Shown here: one piece after another, positions 1-12,170 of the stretch
How positions within the stretch are numbered: the first letter of the stretch is position 1
Layout of the letters: each line of letters opens with the position of its first letter
Assembly: GCA_951406725.2 (NCBI GenBank)
Contig: OX597825.1
Span: 25,296,001 to 25,360,000 of the forward strand
From: Octopus vulgaris
Taxonomy: Eukaryota
DNA: 64,000 nt
Direction of reading: 5' to 3'
The notes under the pieces: model-generated
Database searches by the model: none
The model's input: only the letters and a program-made list of their open reading frames with translations
What the model was told of the DNA's origin: nothing
Translations under genes and position numbers: made by a program

Positions 1-254
1 TTTGTCAGAGGCCCTGTAACGAATCATGGAAACTGACATTCCCTCTTGAGGCGTGTGGGGCGGGTGGGGTGAAAGAGAAAAATAAAAGATGCAGTGATTT
101 ATTTTACTTGTTTACTTCAGCAAGTGTATTTCAAAAGTTTTAGATTAACAAATTCTTGCATAAAATGTAATTCTTCATGAATGTTTGGAATGTAGCTCCA
201 GTTTCTAAATGTATTGGCGATGCAAATATAGCACCACTTATAAATGATTGTGAT

Positions 255-460
255 GCAAAGTATCATAGAATTGATGTTTTATGGAGTTTGTCTTCAGAAA
301 GATGGGAAAAAATTTGAAGTATCTGTATAAAAAGCGAAGATGCTTTAATTGCGTTTCTTCACGCTATACTAACGAAGAAAAAGCAATTAAGATTCCAATT
401 AAGCTAAACAAAACTTCAAGTAGACATTGTTTAGGCTAGATGGTGCATTGTCTTATTTCA
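255..460 (+). pseudogene. Degraded hAT-type transposase C-terminal (dimerisation-domain) fragment
   Basis: Frameshifted translation reads YHRIDVLW...TNEEKA...KLNKTSSRHCL.LDGALS, resembling the hAT C-terminal pattern RIDVLW...SNA.EER.FS...KNKT..R..L.LDGTLS; stops and frameshifts present. Confidence 0.45.
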
Positions 461-517
461 TTCCAATATAACTGGAAGAGAGAGAGAGACATAAGACAGT
501 TAGGTATATGCTAGGTG

Positions 518-749
518 GAAGGCGGCGAGCTGGCAGAAACGTTAGCACGCCGGGCGAAATGCGTAGCCGTATTTCGTCTGTCGTTAGGTTCTGAGTTCAA
601 ATTCCACCGAGGTCGACTTTGCCTTTCATCCTTTCGGGGTCGATTAAATAATTACCAGTTACGCACTGGGGTCGGTATAATCGACCTAATCCGTTTGTCT
701 GTCCTTGTTTTTCCTCTCTGTGTTTAGCTCCTTGTGGGTAGTAAAGAAA
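518..749 (+). mobile_element. SINE family A monomer (head GGCGGCGAGCTGGCAGAAACGTTAGC; core GCCTTTCATCCTTTCGGGGTCGAT)
   Basis: B-box-like GAGTTCAAATTCC; more than ten related copies in the window; perfect 17-bp target-site duplication TAGGTATATGCTAGGTG at 501-517 and 750-766. Confidence 0.9.
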
Positions 750-829
750 TAGGTATATGCTAGGTGTGTATAAGAAAGGCAACCTTGGAGTGGCTAGCAG
801 AATATTTATTTTACTATATAATAGTTCTG

Positions 830-1116
830 TGGAGGCACATGGCCTAGTGGTTAGAGCGGGGGATCGCGGGTTCGAATCTCAGACCAGGCGATGTGTGTGT
901 TTATGAGCGAAACACCTAAGCTCCACGCGGCTCCGGCAGAAGGCAATGGCAAGCTTCTGCTGACTCTTTCGCCACAACTTTCTCTCACTCTTTCATCCTG
1001 CATCCTGCAGCTCACCTCCGACGGACCAGGTGTCCCGTCCAGGTGGGAAACCTATACGCCAAGGAAACCGGGAAACCGGCCCTTATGAGCCAGGCATGGC
1101 TTGAGAAGGAACAAAC
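830..1116 (+). mobile_element. tRNA-derived SINE family B (head GGAGGCACATGGCCTAGTGGTTAG)
   Basis: A box TGGCCTAGTGG, B box GGTTCGAATC; 14-bp TSD ATATAATAGTTCTG at 816-829 and 1117-1130; related heads at 13857, 57664 and 39175 (minus). Confidence 0.88.
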
Positions 1117-1235
1117 ATATAATAGTTCTGGATATGCAAACGTTAATTGATGTCAAAGAGTAAATGTAAGAAAACGAATATATATGAATGAAAATGAGTT
1201 GGGAGAAATAACTCAGAATGGCCAGCAGCATGTAC

Positions 1236-1522
1236 TCCGTCGGTTACGACGATGAGGGTTCCAGTTGATCCGACCAACAGAACAGCTTGCTCGTGAAATT
1301 AACGTGTAAGTGGCTGAGCACTCCACAGACACGTGTACCCTTAACATATTTCTCAGGGAGGTTCAACGTGACACAGAATATGACAAAGCTGGCCCCTTTT
1401 GAAATATTGGTACAGCTCATTTTTGCAAGCTGAGTAGACAGGCGCCATATGAAATAAAGGATCTTGCGCAAAGACACGGCACCCCGCTGCGAATCGAATT
1501 CACGATCGTGAGCCGAACCCTC
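1236..1522 (-). mobile_element. Degenerate tRNA-derived SINE (family D)
   Basis: Minus strand has a B-box-like AATTCGATTC followed by GTGTCTTTGCGCAAGATCCTTTATTTCA...CTCAGCT, shared with elements at ~6030-6265 and 58630-58950. Confidence 0.6.
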
Positions 1523-2018
1523 ACTTTTTAATTGCCCCCACGAGGACGGGCTTCACAAGGTACCATGCAGGGGGACCGAACTCGAAAACATATGACTGCA
1601 AAACGATCGTCTTAACCATAAATTCACTGTTACATCTGAACCGTACTAATTCTGATGAGTTATCTTTCTTCTCCTTTATCTTTTACTTGTTTCAGTTATT
1701 AGACTGCGGCCATGCTGGGGCACTACTTTGAAGGTAGTCGAATGAATTGACCCTAGTAAGCTATGGGAACGTAAACATACCCACACGGTGGTGGGGGACA
1801 AACACACACACACACACATTGTATATATATATACATACATACAAACATACATAAATATATATCACTCATAAAAATCTACAGATGGAGAAGGGCATACAAC
1901 TACCATGTTCTTAATGATGAAATTAATCTCTCTGTCTATATATCTATCCTCTTTGTAATGTTGGCAAATGAAATAAGTATAAAAATGTACACTGTCCATT
2001 TAATTAAGATATTCTATA

Positions 2019-2106
2019 TGTAGCTGAAGATTGCTCGACATTTTAAAACTGATGTAATATTTACAGTGTTTAATAAAATGAAGTAGCATGAAACGATTGT
2101 ACTACA
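2019..2106 (+). ncRNA. Putative type I hammerhead ribozyme in a Penelope-like repeat
   Basis: Stem I TGTAG(2019-23)/CTACA(2102-06); core CTGAAGA (2024-30); long stem II closed by TGCT/AGCA; GAAA (2090-93); short stem III with GATT loop; cleavage triplet GTA (2099-2101). The first stem II position is a non-canonical U-U. Confidence 0.55.
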
Positions 2107-2136
2107 CTACCTTGGATATCCTTGTTGCTTATTTTG

Positions 2137-2263
<127 letters not shown>

Positions 2264-2449
2264 AATCAACGAAAATGCACATTGTAAATAAAAAAAAGGC
2301 TTTTTATGACAGGTAACGACAAATATATACATTTAGATGGACTGAGGTAGAAATAAGAGTCATAAAAGTCATTATTATGAGATGATTATAAGATGATAAT
2401 AAAGTAAGAGAACAAAGCATACCATGGTTTCCGCAAAGCTATTTCTACT

Positions 2450-2521
<72 letters not shown>

Positions 2522-2635
2522 GCCTGCTGCTTAGCCAGCGGGGTGGCGTCATTTCAAGGCTAAAACAATGCAAAGCGCATTGTGACCAGCGATGTGTAAC
2601 AACATCTGATAGCCTGGTCGGTCACGGTGATCACG

Positions 2636-2681
<46 letters not shown>

Positions 2682-3167
2682 GTATATATACGGCGGGATT
2701 CTTTCAGTTTCCGTCTACCAAACCAACTTATAAAACCCGAGGCTATAGTAGAAGACATTTATCCAAGGTGCCACGCAATGGAACTGAACCTGAAGCCATG
2801 TGGTTGAGAAGCAGACTTCTTACCACACAGCGACGCCTGCAATTTACACGTTTAATTTTAAAGTCTGAAAAATCTAGCGAAAACAAAATGTATGCATTAC
2901 GCTAGTTTCTAGCTTTCTATGGCAATTAGCTTTCAGAATTTTCTCTTATTTTCCAGTCTTACTGTGAAGATTTAATATTTTTATTTAAATAAATCGACAT
3001 CCTTGAATCACACGTGACACATTGTCACGTTTATTTGTCATTCATCTGTTTATATTTTTAGTTGCCGACAATGTTTGGATATTTCTGGTGTCATTCCATC
3101 ACGTTAGCTTTTCTTGTTTTTCAGGTTTTATCAAAATGGAGTCCATCACAAATACCAATAACCAAAA

Positions 3168-3206
<39 letters not shown>

Positions 3207-3250
3207 TTATTTTTTGTTTAAATAGCTAAAATAACGCATCAGTCATACGT

Positions 3251-3322
3251 GGGGATATAGCTCAGTGGTAGAGCATTCGACTGCAGATCGAGAGGTCCCC
3301 GGTTCGAACCCGGGTGTCCCCT
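3251..3322 (+). tRNA. tRNA-Cys (anticodon GCA), intact
   Basis: 72-nt cloverleaf: acceptor GGGGATA/TGTCCCC, D arm GCTC-AGTGGTA-GAGC, anticodon arm TTCGA-CTGCAGA-TCGAG, T arm CCCGG-TTCGAAC-CCGGG, discriminator T. Confidence 0.97.
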
Positions 3323-3326
3323 TCTG

Positions 3327-3333
3327 TTTTTTT
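3327..3333 (+). terminator. RNA polymerase III oligo-T terminator of tRNA-Cys
   Basis: T7 run starting 5 nt after the tRNA 3' end. Confidence 0.8.
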
Positions 3334-3384
3334 CTTTTTCAGCGTTCGATAGGGTTTTTGCATTCGTCTTATATTTTGAGTTTT

Positions 3385-3666
3385 CTTACTCTTTGACTCT
3401 TTTACTTGTTTCAGTCATTTGACTGCGGTCATGCTGGAGCACCGCCTTTAGTTGAGCAAATCTACCCTAGGACTTATTCTTTCTAAGCCCAGTATTTCTT
3501 CTATCGGTCTCTTTGCCGAACCGCTAAGTTACGGGGACGTAAACACACTAGCATCGGTTGTCAAACGATGTTGGGGGAGACAAGCACAGACACACAAACA
3601 CACACACACACACACATACATACATACATCACATACATACATACATACATACATACAAACATACAT

Positions 3667-3716
<50 letters not shown>

Positions 3717-3816
3717 ACATATATACGACGGGCTTCTTTCAGTTTCCGTCTACCAAATCCACTCACAAGACTTTGGTCGGCCCGAGGCTATAGTAGAAGA
3801 CACTTGCTCAAGGTGC
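3385..3816 (-). mobile_element. SINE family C with internal (TA)n/(CA)n microsatellite, 5'-truncated
   Basis: Matches copies at 5468, 18458, 27285 and 46950: ACCTTGGGCAAGTGTCTTCT segment, internal microsatellite, tail ...GACTGAAACAAGTAAAAGAG. Confidence 0.88.
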
Positions 3817-3831
3817 CCCCTTTTCCTTCCA

Positions 3832-3867
<36 letters not shown>

Positions 3868-4459
3868 CCTTCCTCTAATTTCATCTTGAGATTGTTGCTT
3901 CCATTACTGATAGTTTATTTCTATCTAAATACCATATTTACTTTCCTTCGTCAAATACAATTATTTCTTTACCTTATTTTTTTCTGTGCGTGTATTTGTT
4001 TCTACATCTTATAATGATTTAAGAAATTTCTCATTTGATTTCATTCCTCTTTAGGAAATTGCCAGTGCATGAGATCAGCCTCGTACATTCCAATTAAGAT
4101 GGTCATATATATGATGAAGACGTAGGTCAATGTATTATATTGCAATAATATCAAGAGGGGTCACGCACACAGTGGACTGAAAGGGTACTTTTGACATATT
4201 GTAACAGTCATATTTCTAGTTGTACAGACCAATTACACATGCTGCGTTGTGGCATTCAACAAGTCACTGGAATAAATCTTTGTGTATATATTCCACCCCA
4301 GTCTTCAGAGTCGGGTTGACTGTCTTAACTTTATTCAGCTCAATAGACATCATTGATTGGATGAAATTACCCAAACATGACAACTTTAACACGAAATAAC
4401 TTCGAAAATACAAACTTTTCTCAACAATGCTAAGAGTAAAAGATGTTTTGTATGACACA

Positions 4460-5162
4460 TTCTACCGGTATCCGAAGTTTGAAAGTGTTTAGTTAAAAAA
4501 ATTACTTTATCAACTTGCCGATCAAAAGGAAAAGATCCATCCACTCACAAGGCTTTAGTCGGCCCGAGGGTATAGTAGAAAACAGTTGCCCAAGGTGCCA
4601 CGCAGTGGGACTGAATTCAGAACCATGCGGTTCGGAAGCAAAGTTCTTATCACTCAGCCATATTTGCATAATGTACGCCATCCAAAATGTATCGATGGAA
4701 AATTTCATTAAAGATATAAGCATTTTGAAGAAAGTTAGGGATAAACAAAATCGATGGGCATAGTTTGTAATTACACCAAATTGTTAAACCGCATATCTAT
4801 ATGTAAAAAATATTTGTATCATATGAATACGAAACAAAGCAATGCTCAACTGTTCCTCTTTCGGTTTTTCGGTCTTTCGGCGCGAAATGTACGTATCGTT
4901 AAGTGTTCATTATTTCTGAGTGTACATTTATTTTGTGTAGAGCGAAACACATAATTTATTGTGAGGAATACAATAGGAAATATAAAAACGCCTGTGCCTA
5001 TGTTACTGAAAGGCGACGTTTCGCTCTGTTGGTAATCAAATAATCACATTTGACGAACCACATGCATAAATCTATGCGATACAAATTTTTCTGAGTGTCT
5101 CATTATTTGTCATTTTCAGATCAACGAGAAGCAAATCAATTCTATCAATGTTTCTCCAGCGC
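4460..5162 (+). repeat. Composite ~700-bp locally duplicated unit (MITE end + SINE C fragment + unclassified sequence)
   Basis: Recurs at 9499-9838 (3' part), 9840-10395 (5' part) and inverted at ~10459-10847, with the same MITE/SINE junction GGAAAAGATCC-ATCCACTCA. Confidence 0.85.
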
Positions 5163-5411
5163 AACGTAGCAAGCGAGCTTGCTAGTTACATTCTTTCGAA
5201 TACATCTGTAGATCTTTTAGCCAACACTGTATCTTAAGATCGTTGAAAACAATTCGTCTGTGCATTCGTTATATACTTTAGTCGTGTACTTTAGAATATA
5301 TTTGTAAGTCTTATAGCCAACACTGTGTCTTAAGATAGGTGAAAACAATTCATTTGCGCATTTGTAGAGAGAAAGAGAGAATACCGAATAGAATGCATGC
5401 ATTCCGTTTCT

Positions 5412-5467
<56 letters not shown>

Positions 5468-5471
<4 letters not shown>

Positions 5472-5665
5472 TTACTTGTTTCAGTCGTTTGAATGTGGCC
5501 TTGCTGGAGCACCCCCTTTTAGTCGAGCAAATCGACCCCAGGACTTATTTTTTGTAAGCCTAGTACTTATTCTATCGGTCTCTTTTGCCGAACCGCTAAG
5601 TTACGGGGACGTAAACACACCAGCATCGGTTGTCAAGCGATGTTGGGGAGACAAACACAGACACA

Positions 5666-5743
<78 letters not shown>

Positions 5744-5915
5744 CATATACATATATACGACGGTCTTCTTTCAGTTTCCGTCTACCAAATCCACCCACAA
5801 GGCATTGGTCAGCCCGAGGCTATAGTAGAAGACATTTGCCCAAGGTACCACGCAGTGGGGCTGAACCCGGAACCATGTGGTTGGTAAGCAAGCCACTTAC
5901 CACACAGCCTCTCCT
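5468..5915 (-). mobile_element. SINE family C, near full length
   Basis: Minus-strand head GGCTGTGTGGTAAG...GGGTTCAGCCCC, internal (TA)n(TG)n, tail merging with (TTTC)n at 5410-5470. Confidence 0.9.
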
Positions 5916-6281
5916 ACGTAGTCAATTATGTAGTCAATTATAAAAAGTATCGTAGCGCCTTACCAGCGAGTTTGGTTTAGTTATACGTACTAATTGCTTT
6001 AGGTGCCTATGAAGACACAAGTAGACATCGATACCGTCTTGGCAATTCCCCTATATCACAGCAGAATATCCAGGATGTGACAGTTGGGAGTGGATGGAGG
6101 CACGTAGAGGACTGCAGCTGGTTGGTACTCATAACAGCTGAGTGGGCTGAAGCAACGTGAAAAGAAGTGCTTTGCTTAAGAAAACAATGTGTTGCCTCAT
6201 CCAGGAATTGAAGCAATGACCTTATGATGACGAGCTGAACATCCCAAACCACAAGGCCATGCGCATACACCGTATAATATA

Positions 6282-6684
6282 CTTTTCTACTCTAGGCACA
6301 AGGCCCGAAATTTTTGGGAAGGGGGGGGAGTCGATTAGATCGATCCCCAGTACGCAACTGGTACTTAATTTACCAGCCTCGAAAGGATGAAAAGTAAAGT
6401 CGACCTCGGCGGAATTTGAACTCAGAACGTAAAGACAGACGAAATGCCTATTTCTTTACTACCCACGAGGGGCTAAACACAGAGAGGACAAACAAGGACA
6501 GACAAACGGATTAAGTCGATTATATCGATCCCTGTGCGTAACTGGTACTTATTTAATCGACCCCGAAAGGATGAAAGGCAAAGTCGACCTCGGCGGAATT
6601 TGAACTCAGAACGTAGCGGGAGACGAAATGCCGCTAAGCATTTCGCCCGGCGTGCAGACGTTTCTGCCAGCTTACTGTTGCCTT
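6282..6684 (-). mobile_element. SINE family A dimer
   Basis: Two ~180-bp core units; TSD GCATACACCGTA at 6263-6274 and 6685-6696. Confidence 0.88.
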
Positions 6685-7022
6685 GCATACACCGTACAGT
6701 ATAGCGTTGAAAAAAAAAAAAAACTCTATTAATGCATCGGTAATTTATTAATGAACATCATCTTAGGTGTGCCATTGTTACGTCACTTCGCCGTCTATTC
6801 TTCTTTAGTTTATGCGATTTCAGTTCCAGCTGTTCCCGCAGTGATAAAACAATATTGTTTTGTTATTTACTTATTGATCCATTCTTTATTCTTTATTAGT
6901 TTTTCCTACGATTTTTCAGATTACATAGGAATAAGGTGACTTTGCAAAATAAATAGCATTAAGCAATAACGACGCGGGTATATTTCTTTCAAATAAGTAT
7001 ATTTTGGAACCTTTGACCATAT

Positions 7023-7094
7023 GGGGATATAGCTCAGTGGTAGAGCATTCGACTGCAGATCGAGAGGTCCCCGGTTCAAACCCGGGTGTCCCCT
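7023..7094 (+). tRNA. tRNA-Cys (anticodon GCA), intact
   Basis: Identical to 3251-3322 except T-loop TTCAAAC vs TTCGAAC; all stems pair; first T4 run at 7122-7125. Confidence 0.97.
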
Positions 7095-7778
7095 TTAGAA
7101 TTTCTTTATCTTCAGCATTTATTTTGTCAAATATTTTGTTTCCTTCTTAATTACTGTAATTTCATCGTGATGTTGTTATTCAATCTATTTAGTAGAACCT
7201 ATATTTCACTTCACCGAATGTAATAATTTCTATGCGTCATTTTTTTTTTTGTATTTGTGTGCATTTTTTAAAAAATGATTTCTGAAATTCCCGTTGATTT
7301 TATTTTGCTTGCATTCATGTGAAACAAATAAAAGAAGACGAATCCAATATTCAGTTTGGCGTTAACATTTAAGACACGCTACAATGTGTCGCAACGCACT
7401 TCAAAATGACAACAAATGGGAAAATTTATTTGATGTCTCTTCTGTTCTTCATCTTACTCTACTTGTCACATTTCGCCTTCCACAATCGCCATTGTCGCGT
7501 TATCTGCTTAGAACAATATTGATATAATTCAGAACCTCACAGGATTTTTGAAAGACAAGCAAAATATTTTCAAAATATTTTCATGAAAAGATAGCCATAA
7601 AATCGCGTATTTAAAACTGTGTTTAAATCTGTCAACAAACAATCAAGAAAAATTGGAGAATATTTTTACGGTGGACATACATGGCGCATTTGGTAAATTA
7701 TTGGCATAACCATAAATATATGTCTTCCCCATTGAGTTTTTACTTTGTAACTTTCTTAGGAATATATATTCTCTTTAG

Positions 7779-8069
7779 TTCTTCACTCCTGCTCCAGAGC
7801 GTCGGCTGCGGGGTCATTCCGAAAAGCTCTACCTGCGACGATTTCATCTCAATCGAAGGAGAGGAGCTTTCTCCGTCCGGGTTGCGGATCCGTGGAACAA
7901 GCTGCCAGACGAGATGGTGAAGATGCCGACGACCGCTTTGTTCAAAGTCTCTCTTGACCTCAAGTGGCCTGAAATCTTTACATGAACACCACCCTGTACT
8001 TAACTCCATGTCCCCCTACATGGCCTTGCTATTTGCTTTTGAGCCAAAAATGAACTAACTAACTAACTA
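7779..8069 (+). mobile_element. CR1-clade LINE 3' end (ORF2 C-terminus, 3' UTR, (AACT)n tail)
   Basis: 7791-7985 translates without interruption to APERRLRGHSEKLYLRRFHLNRRRGAFSVRVADPWNKLPDEMVKMPTTALFKVSLDLKWPEIFT*, matching the CR1-type RGHxxKL...FSxRV..WNxLP...FK..LD motif; short tandem-repeat tail. Confidence 0.88.
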
Positions 8070-8336
8070 CTCACAAGGGGCTAAACATAGAGGGAACAAA
8101 CAAGGATAGACAAACGGATTAAGTCGATTGCATCGACCCCAGTGCGTAACTGGTACTTAATTTATCGAGCCCGAAAGGATGAAAAGCAAAGTCGACCTCG
8201 GCAGATTTGAACTCAGAACGTGGCCTTGCTTTTTGCTTTTGAGCCAAAAAATTAACTAACTAACTAACTAACTAGTGAATTTTCTCGGAGATACGTTTTC
8301 AAGAATGTAGAGTACAATATTTTTTCTTCTACATGT

Positions 8337-8950
8337 TTAGTCCATTACTGGACAAAGGCCTTAGTATGTTCTCCTCTCAGTATGTTTTCTTCACAGTTTG
8401 ATATTTTCCTCAACCATAGTTCTGTTTGGGAGCTGAAGAATTTAACTAAGTCTTCATTCCAACTTCTGCGTGGTCTTGTTCTTTTTTTCTGGATGTGTTG
8501 TCCACTCCGTCAGTTTGCTATTCCATCTATTGTCCTTTCTCCTAAACACGACCCGCTAAAGACTATTTCAGAGTTTTTTATTTTCCAGATAATATCTGCT
8601 AAGCCTGTTGCCACTCTTATCCTGTTCTTTTTCCGCGTATCCATTTCGTTAATCTTTAACACTCCCCTTTCCATGGCTCTTTGTGTTGCTCTTAAATTAT
8701 TTTCAATGCTCTTGTCTACGTTTCTGCTGCACACGTAAAGATAGGCAGCATACACTCATTGAAGACCTTTCTTTTTAGATACATGGACAAATTACTGCTC
8801 AATATATCAAAGGCTTCTCATCCTAATCGTATTTGTCGTTCAATTTCTTTGGCTAGATTTTCATCTTTTAAACATGTCATTTGTCCAAGATTGGTTTACA
8901 TGTTTAACTATTTTGTCATCTCTTACTACAATTATTTTGATGAAACTTGA
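8337..8950 (-). mobile_element. RTE-clade LINE reverse transcriptase C-terminal fossil
   Basis: Minus translation with stops/shifts: EIERQIRLG*EAF...LKRKVFNECMLPIFTCAAET*T...LRATQRAMERGVL...RWNSKLTEW...RPRRSWNEDL...AFVQ*WT*, typical of RTE ORF ends. Confidence 0.85.
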
Positions 8951-9403
8951 AAAAAGTGGCTATGTGGTAAGTAGCTTGCTTACCAACTACATGGTTCTGG
9001 GTTCAGTCCCACTGCGTGGCACCATGGGCAAGTGTCTTCTACTATAGCCTCGGGCCGACCAAAGCCTTGTGAGTGGATTTGGTAGACGGAAACTGAAAGA
9101 ATCCCGTTGTATATATGTATACACACACACACACACACATATATATATGTTTCGATTCCCAGACCGGGCGTTGTGAGTGTTTATTGAGCGAAAACACCTA
9201 AAAGCTCCACGAGGCTCCGGCAGGGGGTGGTGGCGATCCCTGCTGTACTCTTTCGCCACAACTTTCTCTCACTCTTTCTTCTGTTGGACTGCTCGCTTAG
9301 CCAGCGGGGTGGCGTCATTTGAAGGCTAAAACAATGCCAAGTCGCATTGTGACCAGCGATGTGTAGCAACATCTGATAGCCTGGTCGGTCACGGGATCAC
9401 GTG

Positions 9404-9447
<44 letters not shown>

Positions 9448-9498
9448 ATATGTTTGTGTGACCGTGTTTGTCCTCACAACATCGCTCGACAACCGATT

Positions 9499-10847
9499 TT
9501 GTATCGTGTGAATATGAAACAAACCAATGCTCAGCTGTTCCTCTTTCGGTTTTTCGGTCTTTCAGCGCGAAATGTACGTGTTCATTATTTCTGAGTGTAC
9601 ATTTACTTTGTGTAGAGCAAAACACATAATTTATTGTGAGGAATTCAATAGGAAATATAAAAACGCCTGTGCCTATGTTACTGAAAGGCGCCGTTTCGCT
9701 CTGTTGGTAATCAAATAATCACATTTGACGAACCACATGCATAAATCTATTCGATACAAATTTTTCTGAGTGTCTCATCATTTGTCATTTTCAGATCAGC
9801 AAGAAGCAAACCAATTCTATCAATGTTTCTCCAGCGCACTCTACCAGTATCCGAAGTTTGAAAGTGTTTAGTTAAAAAAATTAATTTATCGATCTGCCGA
9901 TCAAAAGGAAAAGATCCATCCACTCATGAGGCTTTAGTCGGCCCGAGGCTATAGTAGAAAACACTTGCCCAAGGGTGCCACGCAGTTGGACTGAACTCGG
10001 ATCTATGTTGTTCGGAAGCACAGTTTTTATCACTCAGCCATACTTGCATAATGTACGCCATCCAAAATGTATCGATGAAAAATTTCATAGAAAATACAAG
10101 AATTTTGAAAAAAGTTAAGGAGTAACAAAATCGACGGGCGTAGTTTTGTAATTATACCAAATTGTTAAAACGCATATCTATATGTAAAAAAATAAAGAAG
10201 ATATTTGTATCGTGTGAATACGAGACAAAGCAATACTCGACTGTTCCTCTTTCGGTTTTTCAGTCTTTCGTCGCGAAATGTACGTATCGTTATGTATTCA
10301 TCATTTCTGAGAGTACATTTATTTTGTGAGGAGCGAAACACATAATTTATTGTGAGCAATACAATAGCAGATATAAAAAACGCCTGTGCCCATGTTCTGT
10401 ATCTCACGTAAATTCTCACTAACATTATCAACAAATGTTTTTATATTTCCTGTTGAGTTGTATTGCTCACAATAAATTATGTGTTTCGCTCCAAACACAC
10501 AAAAAAATGTACTCTCAGAAATAATGACTACGTAACGATACGTACATTTCGCGCCGAAAGACTGACAAACTAACAGAGGAACAGTCGAGTATTGCTTTGT
10601 TTCGTATTCACACGATACAAATATTTTTTACATATAGATATGCGTTTTAACAATTTGGCATAATTACAAACTATGCCCATCGATTTTGTTTCTTCCTAAC
10701 TTTCTTCAAAATGCTTATATTTTTAATGAAATTTTCCATCGATACATTTTGGATGGCGTACATTACGAAGCTTGCTTCCGAACCGCCTGGTTCCGGGAGA
10801 GTGTCTTCTACTATAGCCTCGGGCCGGCCAAAGTCTTGTGAGTGGAT
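9499..10847. repeat. Tandem plus inverted copies of the 4460-5162 unit
   Basis: Head-to-tail junction at ~9838; arms ~9916-10364 and ~10458-10847 are reverse complements around a ~93-bp spacer. Confidence 0.85.
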
Positions 10848-10977
10848 TTGACAGACGGAAACTGAAAGAAGCCCGTCGTATATATATAATTGCATGTGTG
10901 TGTATCTGTCTTTTTGCTTGTCCCCCACTGCCGCTTGAGCTGGTAGACGGAAACTGAAAGAAGCCCGTCGTACACAC

Positions 10978-11014
<37 letters not shown>

Positions 11015-11223
11015 CATGTATACAATGGGCTTCTTCGACAGAATCTGCGGTCGGAGCGAGATTCGACTTTATGATGATTTAATTATTTTAAATCGAAAAG
11101 TCAACCAAAAAGATTTTCGAATTCTATGGGAATAAAGTCATATTAAAAAACAAATAACAATAATCACTATAAAAGAAAATATACTGTGTTTAAATGAGAA
11201 TATTTTGTATCGCCACGCATGGT

Positions 11224-11295
11224 GGGGATATAGCTCAGTAGTAGAACATTCGACTGCAGATCGAGAAGTCCCTGGTTCAAACCGGTGTGTCCCCT
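11224..11295 (+). pseudogene. tRNA-Cys(GCA) pseudogene, lightly degraded
   Basis: Full length with acceptor and anticodon arms intact, but D-loop GG>AG, D-stem GAGC>GAAC, and T-stem CCTGG/CGGTG has two mismatches. Confidence 0.88.
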
Positions 11296-12170
11296 TACGT
11301 ATTTCTTTTTGTTAGCTATATATTTATTTCAAATTTATGAAAATAATCTGTTTTTCATTGTACATCAGGAAAACCGTTTCTCAGTATTTGTTCCAGCTTG
11401 ACACTCCGACAGCAAATTCCGCCGTATACGAGTTTGCTTTACATAGTTTCGGGGTCGGTAAAATGAGTACCAGCTGAGCGCTGGGGTCAATGTGATGGAC
11501 CACCTCCTTCCCATGAATTTGCTAGCCACGTTCCAAAATTTGAAACACCAATGTTTGATTGACTTTCCAGGAACTTTTCTTCTACGTTCCTTTCTCATAT
11601 CCTAACTTTACCTTTGTATTTTCTTCTTCATTGTTGTAATTCCATCGTGACATTGTTCTTATTTATCACCAGTTCCATTTGTTTGATATAATACCTACCG
11701 CAAGGCGACCAGCTGGCAGAATCGTTAGCACGCCAGGCAAAATGCTTAGCATTTTGAAGAAACGATCAAGCTCAGTAACGATCTGTTAAGCAACAACTAC
11801 CCCAAAATGTTATCAGCCGCTGGACCCTTCTTAATTGAAGCAAATCACGAGACTATTTTACTTAATCTAGAAGGAAAGGGTTTAAGGTGTTGTAATTATC
11901 GAAACTGCACCAAAAAGCTGCATTAACCGATCACAACTGCTGCTTGCCAAAGGCAGCAGTTATGATCGATGTAATCGACCTCGTCCCGCTTCAGAATTTG
12001 CTGGCCTTGTGCCAGCATTTCAAACCAATATTTGATTGATCTTTCAGGAATTTCTCTGCTACGTTCCTTTCTCGAATCTGTGCTTTCCCCCCTTTATGTT
12101 TTCTTCTACACTATTGTTGTTATTCTATCGTTAATTATAACAATAACGGTTTCTTCATTTTTGCTTTCAG

